Positions 57,581 through 64,000 of a DNA stretch of 64,000 bases are shown here, piece after piece. The stretch comes from a virus, in IMG/VR virus record IMGVR_UViG_3300008117_006295, positions 1 to 64,000 of that record. One strand, written 5' to 3'. Position 1 is the first letter of the stretch, and each line of letters begins with the position of its first letter. The notes below the pieces were generated by a model. That model worked only from the letters and a program-made list of their open reading frames with translations. It was not told the origin of the DNA and made no database searches. A program made the translations under genes and the position numbers.

Positions 57581-59721
57581 TCCGCTGAAATTAATTCATA
57601 AATATTTCCACCAAAATTAGATATATAACATACATTCTGCTCACCAGAAATAGTATCTGGTTGAATATCTTTTAACTTATTTATAACGCTAACTGTAGTA
57701 TTAAATTGAACTAATGTAACTTCTTTGCTAGAATTTTTATCCCAAGAGCCACTATATAAGCCTTTCATCATTGATGATGATCCAGCTGAGTTTAAAGCTA
57801 TATATTTATTTGTAAATGTATCATAATATGCATAAACTAAAGAATCTTTAGGTATTAATCCTCCAATTTTATCAATAATTTCAATTTTTGCATTACCAGA
57901 AGTTTCTGTGGTTTGAGCAGTTTGACCATTTTTATCATAAATATCATCAGAATATTGAGTTATACTTTCACTATGTTCTGTAACTATAAATCCGGATGAT
58001 GAAGAGAATGGTACTAATGTATTTTCTATTTTTGCGACAACTACTTTATATGGCTGAGGACTTACCCAAACACCTCTATCGTTATCAAATCTTAAGTCTA
58101 CAGGACCAACAGGCCATGTTGATGGAGAAGATAACCAATTGTGTGGAAATCTATCAGTATTGTCTCCTTCATTTGGAATAGGTTTTCCATTTGTATCATA
58201 TCCCCAAGATTGTAATACTAATGGGCCTCTCAACCCCAAAAATCTATAATCGTCTGAATATCTATTAGGATCTTCTTTTCCATAAAAATTAGTAATAAGA
58301 CCACTTTCTGGAACAGTTTCTTCTCTTCCGACCAAGTCTAATGAATGACCATCTCCCGATCCAGAATGATGATGTTCTCCGCTACCAAAAGGATTTGTTA
58401 ATGGATTAAGATAAAATTGAGTTATATCTAGATTATATAACATTTCTCCACTTACTGAACATGGTGGATTAGGATGATTTGAAGAACTCAATAAATCTTT
58501 TTTAGTAAATTTGGTAAAAGAAGGTAATCCTCCGTCTCCATTTAATGAAATAGGTGTGAAAAAAGCATCAAGACCCATGTATGCTTTATTGCCATAATTT
58601 TCCATCATTTCTACTGCTGTTTTGGCTAAAGTACTAGTTCCAACAATAACTCTTTCAACATTTGCAGTAGCATTTAAATCATACCCACCAACTAATATTC
58701 TTTGCAATGAAGCTTTTGCAGAATTAGGTTTATTTTCTTCTCCTGATACTCGTCTATTACTATTATTAAATTTTTTGATTTGACGATTAATTTTACCTTG
58801 AGTAATTTGATTATTTCTTAAAAATCTTAGTTGTTCTGTTCTATATTTTGCAATCATCTTAAATCGCTCAATATACTGTCTTGTTAGTCCTCCAAATTTT
58901 GGAGTAAATGTTCTAAAGTCATATGATGTTGTTATTCCATTTGAACCAAAAGAAACTGATACGCCAGTTAAATTTGGACCGGTTGCACCAAATATCTGAC
59001 CAAAACCATATTGCGGCAAACCAGGAACTGTTACTCCTCCGGTTTCACCATATAACAAGCCAATATTGGCGGATTGGGCTATAGCATTTCCTGCTTCTAT
59101 CATGTATGCAGTTGATCCAAAAACCCATGGAGCTAAATCTTGATTAACTTCAACTCCTATACCACCAGAACTTGTATGGAAATTAGTAGATGCAAATGGA
59201 CCATATGTCCTGATATTACTTTTCATTGGTATAACAGCTGCTGCTGGTAAAACAGCTGCTGGTTGACCACCTTTATCATTAATTGATGCGGCATCCACAG
59301 ACGATGAAGCGTTTGACATTATATTATCAGCAGAACATACACTTTGGGCTTTAACTGAAGATGTATCTTGTAGGCTTGATGTAGACGATTGACTAGGAGG
59401 AGATGATCCAGACGATTCCCCATCTCCACCATTTGCTACGAATGCAGTAGCATTAAGAGCTTGAGCTGTCATTAGTAAGGTTGGATTAAAAACATTTTGG
59501 TTAGCAGGACATAATGAAGCAAAACACCCATCGCTAAATTTTATAACAACACCCGGTATTAAACTACTACTGGTAGTATTACTATCTGCTAAAAAATAGA
59601 TTTTTTCCTCAACATCAGCTTTTAACCATGCTCTACCATTGCTACTAACATCATCAGCCAATATTTCTGACTCAGAAATTTTACTAAAATCTAACTTAGC
59701 ACTACAGGATGTTCCAGCCAT
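57571..59721 (-). CDS. Probable tail/baseplate structural protein
   Basis: AGGAG RBS; located in the structural operon; LRGPLVL..WGYD and GPVDLR.D..RGVW motifs. Confidence 0.55.
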   Translation of the reverse strand: MAGTSCSAKLDFSKISESEILADDVSSNGRAWLKADVEEKIYFLADSNTTSSSLIPGVVIKFSDGCFASLCPANQNVFNPTLLMTAQALNATAFVANGGDGESSGSSPPSQSSTSSLQDTSSVKAQSVCSADNIMSNASSSVDAASINDKGGQPAAVLPAAAVIPMKSNIRTYGPFASTNFHTSSGGIGVEVNQDLAPWVFGSTAYMIEAGNAIAQSANIGLLYGETGGVTVPGLPQYGFGQIFGATGPNLTGVSVSFGSNGITTSYDFRTFTPKFGGLTRQYIERFKMIAKYRTEQLRFLRNNQITQGKINRQIKKFNNSNRRVSGEENKPNSAKASLQRILVGGYDLNATANVERVIVGTSTLAKTAVEMMENYGNKAYMGLDAFFTPISLNGDGGLPSFTKFTKKDLLSSSNHPNPPCSVSGEMLYNLDITQFYLNPLTNPFGSGEHHHSGSGDGHSLDLVGREETVPESGLITNFYGKEDPNRYSDDYRFLGLRGPLVLQSWGYDTNGKPIPNEGDNTDRFPHNWLSSPSTWPVGPVDLRFDNDRGVWVSPQPYKVVVAKIENTLVPFSSSSGFIVTEHSESITQYSDDIYDKNGQTAQTTETSGNAKIEIIDKIGGLIPKDSLVYAYYDTFTNKYIALNSAGSSSMMKGLYSGSWDKNSSKEVTLVQFNTTVSVINKLKDIQPDTISGEQNVCYISNFGGNIYELISAECL

Positions 59722-59733
59722 ATTATCTCCTTA

Positions 59734-61335
59734 TTATTCTACTAAATCACTAATTGTAGGATTTTGTATACCTATATTTGAACCTTCATCTGGACTAGTT
59801 CCAATACCATCTATATTAAATTCTGCAAATGCGCCTATTCTATTATCTTCTTGTCTAAAAAATGTTAGTGCAGGATCTGTGAGTCCTAGCACCCTAGTGC
59901 CTTCATCTACCCAGCCTCCAGCGTTTGTTGGAATATCGCTAAATATTAATTGTGAATAATTTTGTCCATCTGTTGATCGATTATAACATATTGTTTGATT
60001 AATATTAGCAATATATTGTTTACCATAGTAAGTATCTCCTAAATTTTGCACAAAGGCATGTATCTTCTTTAGATCTTCTGTTATATTATACTTATTAACA
60101 TAAATATCTCTGCTTTTTGGATTATTAACAGAATCAGCAGCAGATAATGAAGCATCAAGAGCGGTAGCTGCATTTGCTAAAGTATTTAATGAATTGTCTA
60201 AGTTAGCAACACCCTGAGGATGCATCTCTCTTATTGCTGCGTTTAATGTGCCAGGAGTTGATGAATTAAAAGCGCGATCTTTCCAGAGTTCGTAAGATGA
60301 CATGGCCGCTCTTATGTCCATTTCAGAAATTGTGTATGGCCCATTACTTGCAAAAGGCATATTTAAAGAACAGTTTAATGTATGTACTCTTTTTGCTATC
60401 CAAAAACCGACGCAGTTATCTCTGGCATAAGGCACTATTGGATTACCATTTAATTCATCTTCTCCAAAAAAGAAATCAAATTTATCAACATAAGTTAGAT
60501 AGTGTTGTTGTTCTCCAAAAATTAAACTTCGTGTTTTATCATTTCTTATTTCTTGACCATAACTTAAATCAGTAGCTGATCCATTAAAAGCATTAATTAT
60601 ATAATTAAAACTTGTTGGTTGTTGATTAAGCGTTACAGTATTTATACTGATGACATTTTCATTATTCATTGTTATAAAAAAATCTAGTCCAAGAACATCG
60701 CAAACATCGCTGATAAGTTGTAGTATACTAATACTAGGGCCTGGGACTCTATAGTATTCTGGAAGTCCTGTTGGAAAACTAGTAAAATTAATAGTAAATT
60801 CATAATTTGTTGGAGAATAAATAGTTGGATTCATTAACTTTAATCCATCTATAATTTTTTGGTATGGCATACCTCTTTCACTGGTAAAAGACGTACCGAA
60901 AACTGTACAGTCCTGATTTAAAACATTTCCTTCATAATAAGAATATATATTAAAATAATTTTTTGTTTGAATAGGTGGACCTAAATAAGAATCTACAATA
61001 ACAACACAATTTTCAAGTAATGATCTTGGATCAGAAATCTTAACATTATATACTTTACCAGAACTATTTTGAGTAACTGTCCAATTATTTAATATTCCAC
61101 CAAAATCAAAAAAAGTAGACTCAGAAGCTATTCGCGTTGTAAAATAAACAGGTTGGCCGATTGTATTTGCTCCCACTCTTGGTCCGAAATTCTGATTTGC
61201 TTCACAATCCTCAATAAGATCCAAACTTAAAGTACTTTCTTGCTGACTACCAAATCCTAAAGAACTATTAAAAGATAAAACTGTTGCTCCTAAAAAAACA
61301 ATAGGTTCATTCAAAATTGGTGTTGGTAAAGTCAT
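59734..61335 (-). CDS. Probable tail hub/baseplate structural protein
   Basis: GGAG RBS; beta-rich; FLGATVLSFNSSLGFG start. Confidence 0.55.
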   Translation of the reverse strand: MTLPTPILNEPIVFLGATVLSFNSSLGFGSQQESTLSLDLIEDCEANQNFGPRVGANTIGQPVYFTTRIASESTFFDFGGILNNWTVTQNSSGKVYNVKISDPRSLLENCVVIVDSYLGPPIQTKNYFNIYSYYEGNVLNQDCTVFGTSFTSERGMPYQKIIDGLKLMNPTIYSPTNYEFTINFTSFPTGLPEYYRVPGPSISILQLISDVCDVLGLDFFITMNNENVISINTVTLNQQPTSFNYIINAFNGSATDLSYGQEIRNDKTRSLIFGEQQHYLTYVDKFDFFFGEDELNGNPIVPYARDNCVGFWIAKRVHTLNCSLNMPFASNGPYTISEMDIRAAMSSYELWKDRAFNSSTPGTLNAAIREMHPQGVANLDNSLNTLANAATALDASLSAADSVNNPKSRDIYVNKYNITEDLKKIHAFVQNLGDTYYGKQYIANINQTICYNRSTDGQNYSQLIFSDIPTNAGGWVDEGTRVLGLTDPALTFFRQEDNRIGAFAEFNIDGIGTSPDEGSNIGIQNPTISDLVE

Positions 61336-61346
61336 TAATTAATCTC

Positions 61347-63263
61347 CTAAATAGAACATCCTGCATTACATATATATTCTAGACTGATAGTAAAGCTTCC
61401 ATCTAATGGATTTTTAGTATATTGTTTTTGTGTTATAACAGTATTAGCGCTATTTGGTAGTGATATGGGAAAAGAACCAAGATCCTGACAAGACATACAT
61501 TCTAATTGATTTAACCATTCAGCACCATCAGTAATATAATATTTACCAGTAGACGATAAGTCCACACCTCTTATTGTTATTGATACTGTTTTTGATGTTG
61601 TGGTATTGATATCCTGTATTACTGCGCATTGGCCATTATTTGGTATTGTAAAAGTAGCTATTATTGGAGTAGGATTATTTGTAGATATAGAAATTTCACT
61701 ATATTTTCTTCCGCATGGATTATTTTTATTAGTATATTCAGCTGAATAACTTATTGAACCATCATAATTATGAGTAATATTAAATGATGATGGATGAGGT
61801 GGATTACTTCTAGGATCATCAGATGGAGCTGTTATTTCTAATGACGCTAAAGTAACCCCTAATAAATTTTTGAAATTAGTATTAAAATCTTTTTTACGGG
61901 CGTCTGCTGAACCATATTCATATGTTGCTGGAGTATATATTATATCTAATAATTTTTTAGCATTTTCATACTTATTAGTTAATGCATCACCAGCAGCATT
62001 ATATAAGAAAAATGATCCTGTTTTAGGAAGTTCCAATGGTTTACTACTTCTAATTAATCCACCTTCAATTAAACCTTCTATATTTCCATCAATAGATATA
62101 GTATGATATTTTATTCCACTTTTATATTCTATATTGTGTTTTTTTGAAACAGTATGTTTTGTTTCTGGTAAACTAAAATTATTAGATGTTTTATTTTTTA
62201 TTAAAGCAGAATATGTTGCAGAAAAAGAGCCTTTTGATTCTGAAGCTGAACAAGTTATAGTTTCATTAAAAACCATAAAATCATCATCTCCTATCTCTTT
62301 TAATAGTCCTTCTGATCCTCCTATAGCATGAGCTGTTGTCAAATCTTTTAACATACTAGGATCGCACCCGGACGTGGCCGTTTGATTTTCTAATACTTGA
62401 TTTAATAAGTTTTTAACCTGATAATATAATCTATACTGAACAAAATTTTTGGCCTGTTCCCAGGCAGGAATTAATTTACTAATACTATTTTCCTCATCTG
62501 ATGCTGAACTATATGTATAAAAGTTTTTACCAGTAGCACTAATTTCATATTGTATTTCAAAAGTTGTATTATCTATATTTAGCAATTGATTTTCTTCAGT
62601 ATTTTGCACTTTATTAAATGATGATTCTGAATTAAAATTAATTGACCAATTATCATTAAAATTTTTAATTTTAAATTTATTAATATCTAATATATTAGAA
62701 TAATCGCCTTTTGGGAAGGTACTATCAGATAAAAATATAGTTTCACTAAAAGATTCTTCTAAATTTGGATTAGATTGCCATGCGCCAAAGTTTCCATCAA
62801 ACTTTGCGCCAATAAAATCAACACTATTAAATTCTAATTCTGCAGTATATCTGGCATTATGATGCCAATTATTTTCACTATCATTAATATTAAAAGATCT
62901 TAATATTCCCCCTTTAGCTTTTAATATACTTTTGGTAGTACCTCCGCTAACATCTTTAACCACATGTAAAACGCTACCATTTTTACTCAGAATAGCTCTT
63001 AATTTATACATATGATCTATAACGGCACCTATACCATTATTAGTATCGGTTGTAGTTTGAGTATTAGCATCCCAGTTTCTTAGATCCATTGCTGTTATAG
63101 TGCCATTTAATGTTATTATATATGTATATCCAATAATTGTATCATTAGAATAATTAAATTGTAAATCAATAGCGATAGTTGGAGATGGAATAACTCTACA
63201 CTCTGCCAGATCTTTTTGTCCATAAAAAACTTTAATATCTGGTGCATATTTTATTGTAGGCAT
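61347..63263 (-). CDS. Probable tail structural protein, paralog of the upstream gene
   Basis: C-terminal half is colinear with 63251-64000. Confidence 0.55.
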   Translation of the reverse strand: MPTIKYAPDIKVFYGQKDLAECRVIPSPTIAIDLQFNYSNDTIIGYTYIITLNGTITAMDLRNWDANTQTTTDTNNGIGAVIDHMYKLRAILSKNGSVLHVVKDVSGGTTKSILKAKGGILRSFNINDSENNWHHNARYTAELEFNSVDFIGAKFDGNFGAWQSNPNLEESFSETIFLSDSTFPKGDYSNILDINKFKIKNFNDNWSINFNSESSFNKVQNTEENQLLNIDNTTFEIQYEISATGKNFYTYSSASDEENSISKLIPAWEQAKNFVQYRLYYQVKNLLNQVLENQTATSGCDPSMLKDLTTAHAIGGSEGLLKEIGDDDFMVFNETITCSASESKGSFSATYSALIKNKTSNNFSLPETKHTVSKKHNIEYKSGIKYHTISIDGNIEGLIEGGLIRSSKPLELPKTGSFFLYNAAGDALTNKYENAKKLLDIIYTPATYEYGSADARKKDFNTNFKNLLGVTLASLEITAPSDDPRSNPPHPSSFNITHNYDGSISYSAEYTNKNNPCGRKYSEISISTNNPTPIIATFTIPNNGQCAVIQDINTTTSKTVSITIRGVDLSSTGKYYITDGAEWLNQLECMSCQDLGSFPISLPNSANTVITQKQYTKNPLDGSFTISLEYICNAGCSI

Positions 63264-64000
63264 ATAAACTCCAGTTCTACATGAAATGATCCGTCTATCC
63301 TATTAACATTATATTGTTCTTTAGTTTTTATATATCCATCTTCTTTATTTATAGCAGTTAAAGTTGTTAATCCGACTATTCCTGTTAATGATGGGATAGA
63401 GTTACAAATTTGTATAGTATCAGTACCACAAATTTTATTAGCTTGAGATGCTCCGTCTATTGATATGGAAATAGTGCCATTTTTTTTGGTATTTAATTTT
63501 TGTATAATTGGTCCAGCAGATCGTCCTGGAACAACAAATTCTTGAACAACATCTGCAGGATAATTTTTAACTATAGAAATATTTGTATATCCAAATTCAT
63601 TACTAATAGAATTTAAACTATCATAATTTGCATTATAGTTAATAATTCCATTATTATAATCATGAGTTATTACAAAAGAAGTTGGTAGTGGAGACGTTGG
63701 TAAATTTTGATGAGCAGTTAATAATAAATTAGCATTAGTAATATTTAATGTTGTTTTTATACTATCTGAAAGATCGTCGTTAGCACTATGTTTAATATAT
63801 GCTAAAAATGAATCGTATGCATTATCATATTTTGTAATATTATTATTTTTTTTTGTAATAAAAGCTCCACTAGCTGGCAATTCAAAATTATCATCTATTT
63901 TATCTATAAAACCACCTTCCACTAATCCTGTAACACTACCATTAACTGACAAACTAACATTCATTGAATCTCCATCAGAATATGAATTATCAACAGTAAA
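63251..64000 (-). CDS. Probable tail structural protein, 5' end outside the window
   Basis: Frame is open to the window edge; paralogous to 61347-63263. Confidence 0.55.
   Translation of the reverse strand, partial: FTVDNSYSDGDSMNVSLSVNGSVTGLVEGGFIDKIDDNFELPASGAFITKKNNNITKYDNAYDSFLAYIKHSANDDLSDSIKTTLNITNANLLLTAHQNLPTSPLPTSFVITHDYNNGIINYNANYDSLNSISNEFGYTNISIVKNYPADVVQEFVVPGRSAGPIIQKLNTKKNGTISISIDGASQANKICGTDTIQICNSIPSLTGIVGLTTLTAINKEDGYIKTKEQYNVNRIDGSFHVELEFICLQ

Noticed and set aside
57996-62331. Short + strand ORFs within the structural operon
   Set aside because: Antisense to long, RBS-supported - strand genes
1-64000. Stop-codon reassignment, as seen in some large phages
   Set aside because: Genes are full length and tightly packed in the standard code, and TAA, TAG and TGA all end conserved proteins at expected positions
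1-64000. tRNA or structured ncRNA genes
   Set aside because: Intergenic gaps are mostly under 100 nt and no cloverleaf was recognised; tRNAscan-SE or Infernal would be needed to exclude them formally

Overview
This is an AT-rich, densely coded segment of a large tailed-phage genome read in the standard code. I saw no tRNA, rRNA or CRISPR array. The + strand (1-47876) carries, in order: a sugar-modification/glycosyltransferase island (50-4105); nucleoside deoxyribosyltransferase-like, guaC and GT4 genes; a cluster of probable head-internal proteins including a degenerate bacterioferritin (7198-9725); a sigma factor, ClpP and a catalytically degenerate DeoC; and a membrane/lysis-like module with a papain-family protease (13056-18793). 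It continues with nucleotide metabolism (dCMP deaminase, class Id-like RNR, dUTPase, PhoH), a replication/recombination module (RecA, DnaB, primase, dNMP kinase, PD-(D/E)xK exonuclease, an intein-free split DnaE with a DnaQ gene between the halves, SSB) and a second glycosylation island (42165-47876). The - strand (47866-64000) is a converging operon of large virion/tail proteins, two of which carry long mucin-like Thr/Pro/Ser tracts. The best candidate for a new system is phage-encoded mucin-type O-glycosylation of virion fibres: a GT60 polypeptide-GlcNAc-transferase homolog, elongating glycosyltransferases and an O-methyltransferase abut the PTVT/PTIT-repeat structural genes. Other highlights are a shared N-terminal peptide on putative capsid cargo proteins, an intergenic RGTGTA candidate phage promoter, and several pseudo-enzymes. 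All family calls come from motif recognition by eye; no searches were run.
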